Shown piece by piece: positions 37,172 through 49,424 of a stretch of DNA of 64,000 bases; position 1 is the stretch's first letter, and the number at the start of each line of letters is the position of its first letter. The stretch is from positions 83,700,001 to 83,764,000 of the forward strand of contig NC_043000.1 in NCBI RefSeq assembly GCF_006345805.1, read 5' to 3'. Below the pieces are notes generated by a model. It was not told where the DNA came from and made no database searches. It saw only the letters and a list, made by a program, of their open reading frames with translations. A program made the position numbers and the translations under genes. Source of the stretch: Octopus sinensis. Lineage: Eukaryota.

Positions 37172-38431
37172 GACTTTGCACAGCTTCTAATGCTGGAGAT
37201 GTACTACAGTGTCAGCTGTTCAGTACTAGTGAACTAAGGTAACACCTCTTATTTTTCAAGCACCTTCTGGAGTATTCGAGTAGTTTCAAGTAGTGCTGTT
37301 TTCTGCAAGTGCTCCACCCTCATTGCAGCCCCTATTTGTTCCATGTACTTCTCAGGGTTTTTGCTCACTGTTCCTAGGGCTCCGAAAATTATTGGTACTA
37401 CTGCTACCTTTTTCATTGACCACAACTGCTTAACTTCCCAAGCTAATCTGACATATCTCTCAAATTTTCTTTCTTCCTTATCGCATACCTTGTTGTCAGC
37501 TGGGCATGCTATATCTATGATGTTTTCTTTCTCAATTAAGACTATATCCGGCTTCCTATTCTGGTTGCACTTAATCATAAAATCCCATTGGATCTTTGCA
37601 TTTCTATTTTTGACGATCCCTTCAGGTTTGTGGTCATACCAAATTTTTGCTCTGTCAAGTCCATACTTGTTGCAAAGTGTCTAATGGACAAACTTGGCTA
37701 TATTGTTGTGGCATCTCTTATATTCCTTCTGGGCTAGTGGTGCACATTGGCTGGTAATATACCATATGGTTTCACCATTTTGTCCACAGATTCTGCACTT
37801 ATCACTGACTGTTGTGTTGTCTATTCCGTATTTTATGTAGTTTGTTCTTAGTACTTGCTCTTGGGCAGCACAGATGAGAGCCTCCATTTCTGGTTTTAAA
37901 TCACTCTTAGTCATCCACAGCCATCTTTTTTCTCTGTTTGTCTTATCTTCAACATCCCTATGAAATTGACCATGCATTCTTTTCTTTATCCACCTATTTT
38001 CAGTTTCACTCGTTTTCAATTTCTTATATAGTGCTTTATCTTTGCAATCTTTCATTACACAAGCCTGATCTTCTTACTTCTAATAATAGCAGTTCTGTGG
38101 CATTTTTTACATACCATGCTATGTTGTTTTCTTCTGCTCTAATGCTGTGTTCGCATCCAATAAGTCCACTCCCCGCTCTTTTTCTTGGTACATACAGTCT
38201 GACTGTATTACTTTTTGGGTGGAGTTACCCATATCTAGTTAGCAACATTCTTGTCTTTCTGTCTATGCTGTTTAGTTAGTCTACTGTCCATGCAATTACC
38301 CCTGCTCCATATCTAAGGAGCGAAACCATCTAGGTGTTGATAGCTTCGATCTTATTCCGTCCATTTAATTTCAACTTAAGGATCAGTCTCAGTCAGTGCA
38401 AGTACTCCACCTTAAATTTTTCTGTCATTTC
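37172..38431 (-). mobile_element. 5'-truncated R4/Dong-clade LINE inserted in (TAA)n
   Basis: End of RT domain, CCHC knuckle CRICGQNGETIWYITSQC...EYKRCHNNIAKFVH, RLE domain NRKPDIVLIEK...IIDIACP...EERKFERY...VVPIIFGALG; (TAA)n on both sides (37138-37171, 38432-38482). Confidence 0.9.
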
Positions 38432-38482
<51 letters not shown>

Positions 38483-38484
<2 letters not shown>

Positions 38485-38560
38485 TCAGGTCACTCCTTGG
38501 AATCAAACTTGGAATCTTGGGATTAGTAGCCCACGCTCTTAACCACTACACCATATGCCC
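38483..38560 (-). mobile_element. tRNA-derived SINE head (copy 1; copy 2 at 38679-38756)
   Basis: gggcata-TGGTGTAGTGG (A box)-ttaagagcgtgggctactaatcccaagattcca-AGTTTGATTCC (B box)-aaggagtgacctgagt-(aat)n. Confidence 0.75.
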
Positions 38561-38563
38561 AAG

Positions 38564-38630
38564 ACGCCTGATGAAGGCTGGAGGGTATATCAGCCAAAAT
38601 GTACTCCACCTTAAATTTTTCTGTCATTTC

Positions 38631-38680
<50 letters not shown>

Positions 38681-38803
38681 TCAGGTCACTCCTTGGAATC
38701 AAACTTGGAATCTTGGGATTAGTAGCCCACGCTCTTAACCACTACACCACATGCCCAAGATGCCTGTTGAAGGCTGGAGGGTATATCAGCCAAAATGTTG
38801 TGT
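38564..38803 (+). ncRNA. Two minimal hammerhead motifs (38564-38603, 38760-38803), inverted relative to the tRNA head
   Basis: CTGATGA (second copy CTGTTGA)-a-GGCTG-gagggtatat-CAGCC-AAAAT-GTT-gtgt; perfect 5-bp stem II; GAAAC decayed to AAAAT. Confidence 0.6.
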
Positions 38804-38958
38804 TAACAACAAACAAGATGAGCGCAAATATCTGTCAAATGTAAATAACGTAAATAATGTACATAATTCCTCATCTCTTAAATATAAAACTGAAATACTC
38901 ATACATATAATTATATATATATATACACACACACACACATGTAATATGTATATTTAGA

Positions 38959-39000
<42 letters not shown>

Positions 39001-39003
<3 letters not shown>

Positions 39004-39143
39004 GTATACACACACACGCAGTAAATGCATGCATACATTTATATGCATACATTTATATGTACAGTATGTGAAAAGAAACACTCATACATATTATTATATA
39101 TGTGTATATGTATGTGTGTATATTATATCTATCTATCTATCTA

Positions 39144-39197
<54 letters not shown>

Positions 39198-39333
39198 TAG
39201 ATAGATAGATATAATATACACACATACATATACACATATATAATAATATGTATGAGTGTTTCTTTTCACATACTGTACATATAAATGTATGCATATAAAT
39301 GTATGCATGCATTTACTGCGTGTGTGTGTATAC

Positions 39334-39336
<3 letters not shown>
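39001..39336. repeat. Near-perfect palindrome centred on (TA)n
   Basis: 39001-39145 is the reverse complement of 39195-39336 apart from one ATCT unit; the ORF track shows identical peptides on both strands. Confidence 0.95.
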
Positions 39337-39373
<37 letters not shown>

Positions 39374-41254
39374 TGTGTGAGCATGTGTGTATGCACATAT
39401 ATGTGTTTATGCATAGATAGCATATCTTTTCTAAAAGTATCTATTTCATTCCCACCAATTAAATCATTTGAAATGCTCAAGTAACTGAAAGCCAACTTGA
39501 AACCCTCACAGAAGCATACAGTTCCTTTTATTTACTTAAACCATTTATCATTTGTAAGGAATCATTACTGACTCAAATTATATAATACAGACCGAAATGA
39601 TAGCAAAATAAATGGTTTGCAAGTTCTTTCAAAGGAAAAGGTAAATAGTTAAGATAAGAAACAGAAGGGGAAAAAATTCTCAAGAAACAAATTTGAAAAT
39701 GAAAGAATTCCTATAAGAAATAAAGAAATTTATGAAGAAAATAACAAAACCTTGGTAACGATAGACAGAATTCAGAAATTCTTTTAATGATAACTTTTTG
39801 TGGAAAATTATGCATTTGTTTCTTCTTTCTAAACACCAACCAGAAAATCATGCAGAAGGGGAGAAAGACAACAAACACTATTTTGAAAATTTAATGAATA
39901 AGCAACAAAGAAGAAAAGAAAAAAAAAAAGAATTTAAAACTGATTTTGTAATGATATTAAATATCACAATGGTTAATTTTGTTAGAGAAAAGAATGAATG
40001 AAAAAATATAATTTATTTTGGTTTGCTTAGGTAGGTTTTCCTAAAAACAAAAAAATAAATAAGCATTGAAAGAATACAGCAGCTAATGAAATTCTAAAGA
40101 TACATGTACATAAGCATTGTTTGTGTAAAATATTTTCTACAAAAGTACAATTATAGAAGGAGAGGAGGAACTGAAGATTGGAGAAGCTGCAAAATTTCAT
40201 GGTTCCTTATTTTTCTAACAATGAAGCAATGAGAGTGGTAATTAATCAATGCAATTATGCACTTACAAGACTGTAATTATAGTAAATGATATTATTTCTA
40301 TTTTAATCAATATTGATACATCTGCTAATCAAACAGTGATACACACATTTCCTTTTCATATTAGACATTTGTCTTGCTGGTTGCCTGATTAGTAGCCATT
40401 TAATTATTGTTACAATTAAAGAATTTATGAATTTATGTTGAAAGTCATGATTACCTCAACGAGTGCTAAAGGTATTTCACTTTTTAATAAGCTACAAAAT
40501 ATAATGACAGTCATTGTCTATTGGATAATGTGGAGTTATCTATTTAATATGAATGCTAAAGAGGAAATGTAAAACATACAGGAGATGATTGAGTGATAAA
40601 TAACTATTTCTAGCAGGAATATAAATATAATATATATATATATATATATATAAGAATTTTTTGCATAATGAGATAAAAAAACCAAGGCTGTGTAGATATT
40701 AGAACATTTATAGATAGAAGGTCTTACAGCTGTTTCCAGGATATTTATTAATTATATCCCTTAAGTAATAGTTAGTTTAGATAGGATACAAAATAGAGAG
40801 TGAGGTGGAGGAAAGAAAATAGATGTAAGATATGTAGGGATATTGAAGTTGTAGATCCATTTTTTTAGGCAGATTGGTATATATGTAAGATTCCTTTGGG
40901 TCTCAATGACACCATTACCTCTTATAACCAATATATATATATATATGTGCGTGTGTGTGTATGTGTTTGTGTGTGTGTGTATGAATGTATATATCTTTAC
41001 ATGTATGTGTGTATATGTATGTATGATAGATTGCTAACCACTATACATTCTTTATTTGCCCTCCCTGTTTCTTTCTGTGTTCCGTTCTGTGGAAGGGCAT
41101 AGGCTCGAAATGTTAAAGACTTTCTCACTTCCCGAGCATTAAACTAATACATCTGTTTGTTGTCTACACCACTTGTCTTTGTATTTTTTTTTTTGTGAAT
41201 TCTTCCCCTATATACATATGTATATATATATATATATATATATTATATATCACC

Positions 41255-41522
41255 GTGATCACCGTGACCGACCAGATATTGTTACACATCGCTGTTCATA
41301 ATGCGCTTCACATTGTTTTAGCCTTCAAATGACACCACCTCACTGGCTAAGCGAGCAGGCTCACAGAAGAAAGAGTGAGAGAAAGTTGTGGTGAAAGAGT
41401 ACAGCCCCATGGAGCTTTAGGTGTTTTTGCTCAATAAACACTCACAACGCCCGGTCTGGGAATCGAAACTGCGATCCTACGACCACGAGTTCGCTGCCCT
41501 AACCACTGGGCCATTGCGCCTC

Positions 41523-41525
<3 letters not shown>
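41255..41525 (-). mobile_element. Family D-related SINE with deletion, 3' end in (TA)n
   Basis: tRNA head aggcgcaatggcccagtggttagggcagcgaactcgtgg...gtttcgattccc; its 3' part matches 8330-8450 in reverse. Confidence 0.7.
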
Positions 41526-41555
<30 letters not shown>

Positions 41556-41769
41556 GTATATGAATATGTATGTATGTGTGTCATTATTCAGTTTTATTTC
41601 AAGATTTCTTGTCAATAGAGAAAGAGCCAGTTTCTAACCTAGATCCAAGGCACCTTTAATGGAATTTCAACATCAACAACAGGGGATTTTTGATTTTTGT
41701 ATGTATGTATACATGCAGATTCGTACATTTTGTTTTATGTAAGTCTTCTCATGCATATACTTGCATATC

Positions 41770-42058
41770 TAGGCATGCTCATATATACTTAAATGATAGA
41801 CTTCTGGAAAGTTTGACAGAATTTTACAGTTCCAGTGATGGACTGGATCAGTAGATGTCAAATCAACTTTCTCCTTTCTCGTTTCGAGAAGCCTAATTTC
41901 TCAAGATTGATATTTAAACAGTGTGTTACATATCCCAGTACCCCAATAATTACATGTATAAACCTGAACTTGTAATCTGGATAGAGTAACTGCATATTTC
42001 TCAACAGTTCAGCATATTTATTCTCCTTTTTAGTGATTTTCAGCTTTATGTTAACATC
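41770..42058 (-). mobile_element. 3' end of an RLE-type non-LTR retrotransposon
   Basis: DVNIKLKITKKENKYAELLRNMQLLYPDYKFRFIHVIIGVLGYVTHCLNINLEKLGF, the C-terminal K..KY..L...L...P+IIG.LG pattern. Confidence 0.75.
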
Positions 42059-42152
42059 TGTCTGTCTGTCTGTCTGTCTGTATGTATGTATGTATGTATG
42101 TATGTACGTACGTATGTATGTTTGTATGTGTGTGTTTATGTGTATATGTATG

Positions 42153-42203
<51 letters not shown>

Positions 42204-43284
42204 TATATACAGAGAGAGAGAGAGAGAGAGGTATGAATGATGAGATTATTTCTCTCACAGTCATCAATCATCAATGCTCCCTGCCAAATAACAATGAGAT
42301 ATTCAAGAACAGCTCTTGTTCTGGGAGAGGTTAGCATTGCATGAAGCCACAGAGTTAGAGATGTAGAGTCGATAACTGCATAAGTGGAAGGTGATTATCA
42401 GATGAACAGTTAAATTGGAGGTGAGAAGAAAACCTAGAGTTGAAACAAAGGTTAGACAAAATGAATTATAAAGAGATGCGATTCATGTAATTATGAAAAT
42501 TACTAGTTGCTGGTAAAATAGCTGGACATGCTAAGAAAAATATTGTACAAAATATTTAATAGGGAAAAGATGCAGGATGTGAAGAGTGAGAAGCAGAAGT
42601 AGCTTTGAGTGTAAGTGGTGGGAAGCAGATGAGTTTGAGGAAACAGTAACTATTAAAGTAGCAGTAGAACAGCAGACATTGAAAAGACGAAGCCTGTGAC
42701 AGATTGGAAGTCAAATAACTGTAAATAAGGAAGAATTGTGATATTTCGTTCTTTTGTGACATTTCTTTCTTTTGTGGAATGTATGTAATGCATATTTATT
42801 TACATTTTGAATTAATCGTGCATTGTTCTGTAGCTTTGAAATTTAAATAATATCCCTATTCATTTTTAGCACGACATTGTAGGGTAGGTGTGAAAAGCTA
42901 GATTTGGCCAATTTGAACATAAAACTGGTAGAATATTTGGGCTGGGCTAGGCATGGTTTGAATGCAAAGGGGTGAAAGTTATGAAAATTGAAGAAAGTGT
43001 AATGTTTAAGATATTAAGACTACTCCCTAGTGAAGTGAACTTGGTCTTTGCAGATTAGAATTTAAATTGATTTTTCTCATTCCCATATGCCAATGAAGAT
43101 GTGTTTCCTCTGCCACTAAATATATAATGAAATAAGTCACTAAACTGTAAGTTTCTTTGCACTGAATGCACAGCTATTCCTATAAAAAGAAACTGTTTCT
43201 TGTGCACCTGAACACACATTAGTATTATTAATTGGTGCTTCTTGCTAGGTATAAATTTTTACAGAATATCTGGCCATAATTCAT

Positions 43285-43640
43285 ATGGCAGTGTGTAAAA
43301 GTAAAAGATTCCCTTCGGTCATGAATGAACATAGAATTGCACCTAGAATGTTCCCCTCTGAGGCTCAAGTCTGAGCCAGATGTTTATGGAAGACTAGCAA
43401 TCACCCATGAATATCAGCTTTCCTTCTCTATGTCACTGATGTTATCCAAGGGGATGGCAAAGGCTGATACAACTTGGCACCAGTGATGTCGCAACTCATT
43501 TCTACAGCTGAGTGAACTGGAGCAATGTGAAATAAAGTCTCTTGCTCAAGAACACAACACACAACCCAGTCCGGGAATCAAACTCACTACCTTGTTATTG
43601 TAAGCCCAATGCTCTAACCACTGAGCGATGTGCCTTCATG
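43285..43640 (-). mobile_element. SINE family D, complete
   Basis: gaaggcacatcgctcagtggttagagc...gagtttgattccc...ttgagcaagagactttatttcacattgctccagttcactcagctg. Confidence 0.8.
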
Positions 43641-45909
43641 CAGTGTGTAGAGTAATTTAAATACACTTATGTCTCAGCCTTGCATATAATTCTTTATGTG
43701 GCTGGAATCATTGAAAACATTGCATTACTAGTGTTACTTTTGATTTTTTCAACATTTTTTTGAAGAATGGATTTATCATTCTTAACTCTAATTAGAGATA
43801 TTTAAAAAGAATATATTGTTGTGTTTCATAAGAATTTTCCTTCAAGCAAATAATATCTTTTTTAATATTTATGTCTATGGAAGTGTAGTGGTTGATAAAT
43901 TCAGTGGCATTGTGAATAAAATAACTGTGTTATTTAACTACATCTCTTTATATCCAGAGTTCACATTTACCTAGGTAAACTTTGATTTTTGTCCTTCTAG
44001 GAGCAATACAATAAAGACCAGGCATGACTGTATGGAAAGAAGATTGATTTGAAACCATATGATTCCAGGTTCAGTCCCACAGTATGGCACCTTGGACAAA
44101 TATCTTCTACTATAGCCTTGGGCTGAGCAAAGCCTGCTGAATGGATTTGGCAGATGTAGACTGCCAAATCCATCATATATAAAAATATATATGTTTCTAT
44201 TTACAGGGCTGTAAACATACCAACACTGGTTATCAAGTAGTGGTGGGGCCATACTTGCACATATTAATGTGTATGTGTGTATATATATATAAATGTGTGT
44301 GTGTCTCTTTGTGTTTGTCCCCCACGACTACTTGACAACCAATGTTGGTATGTTTATGGCTCTGTAACCCTACCAGTTCAGCAAAACAGACTGATAGAAT
44401 AAGTACCAGGCTTTTAAAAAAAAGTACTGGGGTTGATCAGTTATGTACAGTCTTCCCCAAATCTATCACTTTATTTCTATGAGAGAAATCAATATTCATG
44501 TGTTTTGAAAATATATTGTAGTACAAAGTTTTAATTATTCCAATCAAAGTCATTTATTATTTATTTTGGTTCATGAAGACAGACTAAAGGTCAATTTGAA
44601 TTGAGATAATTAATATGATATTTTGAGATTTTAATAAAATGTTGACTGTATACCAATGTTATTGAATACAATAAATACAGGAAATTAATAATTGCTCTTC
44701 TCTTCTTAACTTTTGAAAGGACTTAAATCAACAACATTCGGTCATCCTCGAGCACTGCCAGGTCAATCTGTCACAGTATTTGATGTCAGTGTTTTCTCAG
44801 GGTTTATTCTATTACATTCTGGTGCAGCACACGGTTTATGTTTCCCACACTTTTCCTTCTCTCTATTATTGACTTGATATATTATTGTGGGGAAATGACA
44901 ACAAAAGCATAGGTGCAGGTGTGGCTGTGTGGTAAGAAGCTTGCTTCCCAACCACATGGTTCTGGGTTCAGTCCCACTGTGTGGAACTTTGGGCAAGTGT
45001 GTTCTACTATAGCCTCAGGCCAGCCAAAGCCTTGTGAGTGGATTTGGTAGGGAGAAACTGAATGAAGCAGGCTGTTATGTATAAATATCATTATCATCAT
45101 TTAATGTCCATTGTCCATGGGTTGGATGGTTTGACCAGGGTTAACAAGCTGGAAGGCTCAACCAGACTCTAGTCTGATTTGGCATGGCTTCCATGGCTGG
45201 ATACCCTTCTTAATGCCAACCACTTTGAGCGTGCAATGGGTGCTTTTATGTGCCACCAGCATAGGTGCTATTTACATGACACCAGTATTTGCTACGACTA
45301 CAATTTCACTTGGCTTGATGGGTCTTCTTCACAAGCACAGAATAATGCCAAAAGTCTCAGTCATTTGTCATTGCCTCCATGAAGCTCAACACTCGAAAGG
45401 TGTTTTTTACAGGCTACTGACTTGGGTACCAGTTATTTGACACCAGCATTGGCCATGACTAAGATTACTACAACTACTTAAGATATCATATTCTCTATAA
45501 ATGCTATGATCATTTATGGGGAGCACATATAAAATAGTCAAAACTACATAACAAAGTTTGAGTTTCCTGTTTAGAATTAGAGAATACAAGAAATCTAAAT
45601 TATTGTTGATGGTTTACAAAACAGGTATACTATTATTGAAACATGTGACAGTGAGTAATGACGTAAACATGAACATTACATTAAAGACAGGCCAACTGTC
45701 TGCTGCCTACTGAAGCACTGTTTTCTATTCTGTCTCTGCTATAACTACCTTGGTCTCCGTTACTCTGATCAAGCTACTTCAACTAAACCACCAGTTCTCG
45801 ACCATTTTTTAAGTATAGACCCCTTTTGATTCCAATTTTACTTGGGTGGGCCCTCAGAATTGTTCAATATTTAAAAAATCCTATTATATTTTTGTAATAT
45901 TATTAGGAG

Positions 45910-46940
45910 CTTATTCTTTTACTTGTTTCATTCATTTGACTGCAGCCATGCTGGAACACTGCCTTAAAGGGATTTTTAGTTGAAGAAATCAACCCCAGGA
46001 CTTGATCTTTACAAGCCTAGTACTTATTCTATCAGTCCCTTTTGCCGAACCATTAAGTTATGGGGATGTAAACACACCAACATCAGTTGTCAAGCAATGG
46101 TAGGTGGACAGACAGACACACACACATAAATATATATATATATGATGGGCTTCTTTCACTTTCTGACTACCAAATCCACAGACAAGGCTTTGGTCGGCCT
46201 GAAGCTATAGTAGAAGACTCTTGTCCAAGGTTCCACACGGTGGAAATGAAGCTGGGACCATGTGGTTGGGAAGCAAGCTTCTTTTACTTGTTTCAGTCAT
46301 TAGGCTGTGGTCATGCTGGGGCACCACTTCAAAGAATTTTAGTCAAATGAATCAACCCCAGTACTTATTCTATTAATCCTCTTTGCTGAACTGCTAAGTT
46401 ACGGGAACGTAAACACACCAACACTGGTTGTCAAACAGTAGTAGGGAACAAACACAAACAAAAAGACATACACATGGGCTTCTTTCAGTTTCTGTCAAGC
46501 AGATCCACTCACAAGGCTTTGGTCAGCCCAAATCTATAGTAGAAGACACTTGCCCAAGGTGTCACACAGGGAGACTGAACCTGGAACAATGTAGTTGGGA
46601 AGCAAGCTTCTTACCACACAGCCACATCTGTGCCTATTATTATAGGCACAGTGCTGGAGCATTGCCTTTAGTTGGACAAACTGGCCCCAGGACTTATTCT
46701 TTGTAATCCTGGTATTTATTCTATTGGACGCTTTTACCGAACTGCTAAGTTATGGGGACATAAACACCAACATCAGTTGTCAAGCGATGGTGGGAGGACA
46801 AACACAGACACAAATACATACATATAAAATGTCCTAGAAATTTCACACTGCTTTGGCTTTGTTGTTTCATTTTATTTAACCTATATACATATATGTATAA
46901 TGATGGGCTTCTTTCAGTTTCCATCTACAAAATCCACTCA
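45910..46940 (-). mobile_element. Cluster of about three family A SINEs in tandem
   Basis: Three reversed copies of the tail/body/head succession. Confidence 0.7.
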
Positions 46941-46989
46941 CAAAACCATGGTTACCCTGACCACTTGGGCAAGTGCCCTCACCACATTG

Positions 46990-48470
46990 TTCTCCTTCAA
47001 CCTACAAGTGCATGCATAGGGTAGGCCCATTCACTCAGACCATTCTTGCAATGTTCATCCACCTTTAAACAAAATTGCTGGGAAGCAGTACTTTCCTCTC
47101 TGCCCTTACTTTCCTTTTCAAATGAAACTGAAAGCAGTTGATGGGGGCTTGGCCAAAGAAGAAAGTATTTTTCTTCAGCTCTTTCAATCTGTCCACCACA
47201 CAACCTCTTTTGCTCAGACCATCAGGCAAAGAAATGCTGCCAGTCTATCCTGGCCAAAGGAAGTAGCAAGACAATCTTCACAATGAACTCAGCCAATAAC
47301 TGGATCTGCTCTGCACATGAAGGCAGGTGTTTGACATAAACCCACAAGTCAGCAATGCCCAGGCACTGGACAAGAGCACACAGATCAGTTTCATCACTCT
47401 GTATGCACCTTAGGCAAGCTTGATTGATGGCACTTCCATGCCTACACTAGCAATGTCCCCCAGTACTACTGTCAGGCTATAAATTTCTGGAAATTATCCA
47501 TAGATCTCAGCCTGAAAGTCCTCCAGAACAGTCCACCTAGGTGATTCCTGTTGATGTCTAGAGTCTCCCTGAGAACTTTGTTGCACTTGCACTTGCCCAC
47601 CACTAACCCTCTACAGAATACCATTGTTGAAATTCCATTGACCACATTGCCCGATTGATAGAGGACTGTGAGTGCCTGATAACACTCTAGGTGCCAGGCA
47701 CCCTGCCTTGGTCTATGCTTGATCCAGGGCTACAGTTCAGTCAAAGAAATGAGCTGTGTAAAACCCTGTCCGACAAATGGTGACCATACCTTCTTACTAA
47801 CATGGAAGTACTGGAGATGTCGTAACCTCAGCACATGTCTGCACTTAGCAGCCATGGAAAACCTAGCTTTCCATTCAGTGAGTGTTGACAGCAAATGGAG
47901 TGCCTAACCAGTGGAACACGTCCATTCTACAGAAAGTAGAAGGGTTAGCACTCCAGTTTGGTCAGATGTAGACTGGGGCAAAGCATAACAGTCAGACAAT
48001 AATATATAATGGCAATGATGTAAGCATTTGCCCCTCTGCCCAACGTTTCAGGACAGCTTTCTCTTGGCCCATTTATGCATGAGATTGGCCACCCTGCTTG
48101 TCACCTCATCCCAGTTCTTCTCCACCTGGAGATCTGAACCAAACCAGACCCTGTGCAATTTAATGGGTCCCTTCATCCAGCAACCTATGATGGTTTCAGA
48201 TGACCGAGCTGTAGGCACACTAACTTTTCATGGTTAATTTTTGCTCCTGTCACAACCTCATATCGTTCTAGAGCATTGCTGACCAGATCTATGTGTCTGG
48301 TGTTCAACAATATGACAGTGATGTCATCTGCATATGCTGACATGATTCTTCAACATCTTAGTTCACATGGGCTGCCTCCCAATGCCTCCAATTTTCACAG
48401 TAGTGGCTTTACAGCCAGTACTGAAGAGACAAGAGCAGACACCCATGACAGACTGAGCACAGCAGTAGTT
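46990..48470 (-). mobile_element. Decayed Tx1/L1-clade LINE (RT plus C-terminal zinc finger)
   Basis: LAVKPLL*KLEALG...MSAYADDITVI (YADD at 48323-48334)...ALERYE..TGAKIN; RHGSAINQACLRCIQSDETDLCALVQCLGIADLW. Confidence 0.85.
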
Positions 48471-49287
48471 TGACCAGTACTTATTTTCAGTTGAGTATTA
48501 CCCAGTAAAGGAATTGAACTTATTCAACATCCATTTTCCATGCCAGACCATGGGTTGGATGATTTGACCAGAGCTGGCAAGCAGGTGAGTTGCACCAAAT
48601 TCTACTTAGTTTCTACAGCTGGTTGCCCTTCCTAATATCAACCATTTTTCAGAATGTGCTGGGTGCTTCAGTCCTGACCACTATGTCACATACCTTCACA
48701 TGATCAGTTGTACAAGTAAAGAAACAATAAAAAGAAACAACTATATCCCTAAATTTTTCATGTCAGGTAAATTCACCATCATCAAATCACCATTTTTATA
48801 AAAATAAAATAGTTTTTAACTATTAAAGGTAAGATACTATGGATATATTTTCTTAGTAAACTTTCCTTGTGGTGAACTTTCTTCAGGTGAATTAATGGCA
48901 GTGAAATTTCCTGTAATCAATTTTTTTTTTACTGATATGAACCCCCAGGACTCACAGTGCTGGTTACCCAGTTTCTATGAGGGTACAAGTGACTGAGATC
49001 ATTAACAGCTGCAAGGTTACTCATTTACAGCTGAGTGGACGGGAAAAACATGAAATGAAGTGTTTTGCTCAAAGACACAATGCACTACCAAGCCTGAGAA
49101 TTGAAACCGCAATCTTGTGATCACAAGTCTAACTACTATGCCACACACCTTCACATATTACTCTTGCCCAATAGTTTGTATGAAATATTCTATTGCATAA
49201 ATATAATATATTATAGCTTTTATAATAGTGAAAATGATGGCAGTGCTATGACAAAACATGGCATTTACATAGAAAAAATTAATTCAC

Positions 49288-49424
49288 CTTGACTTTATTG
49301 TCAGATCTTGATCTTCTCCATATAAAAGATGTTTCCTTCCACAGGAAGTCAAAGTCATTTCGCAGAGTATATTTGCTGTTTGTACCACTGTAACTTCATT
49401 AATATCTTGAGGTTGATTATTGGC
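49288..49424 (-). CDS. TBC1D32: TBC1D32 internal exon, 137 nt, phase 0 to 2
   Basis: tttttctatcttctacag|GCC...TCA AG|gtgaat; ANNQPQDINEVTVVQTANILCEMTLTSCGRKHLLYGEDQDLTIKS versus recalled human [39 protein letters not shown]. Confidence 0.9.

Noticed and set aside
38483-38756. tRNA-like sequences here and in SINE heads elsewhere
   Set aside because: No complete acceptor stem; they are SINE heads, not tRNA genes.
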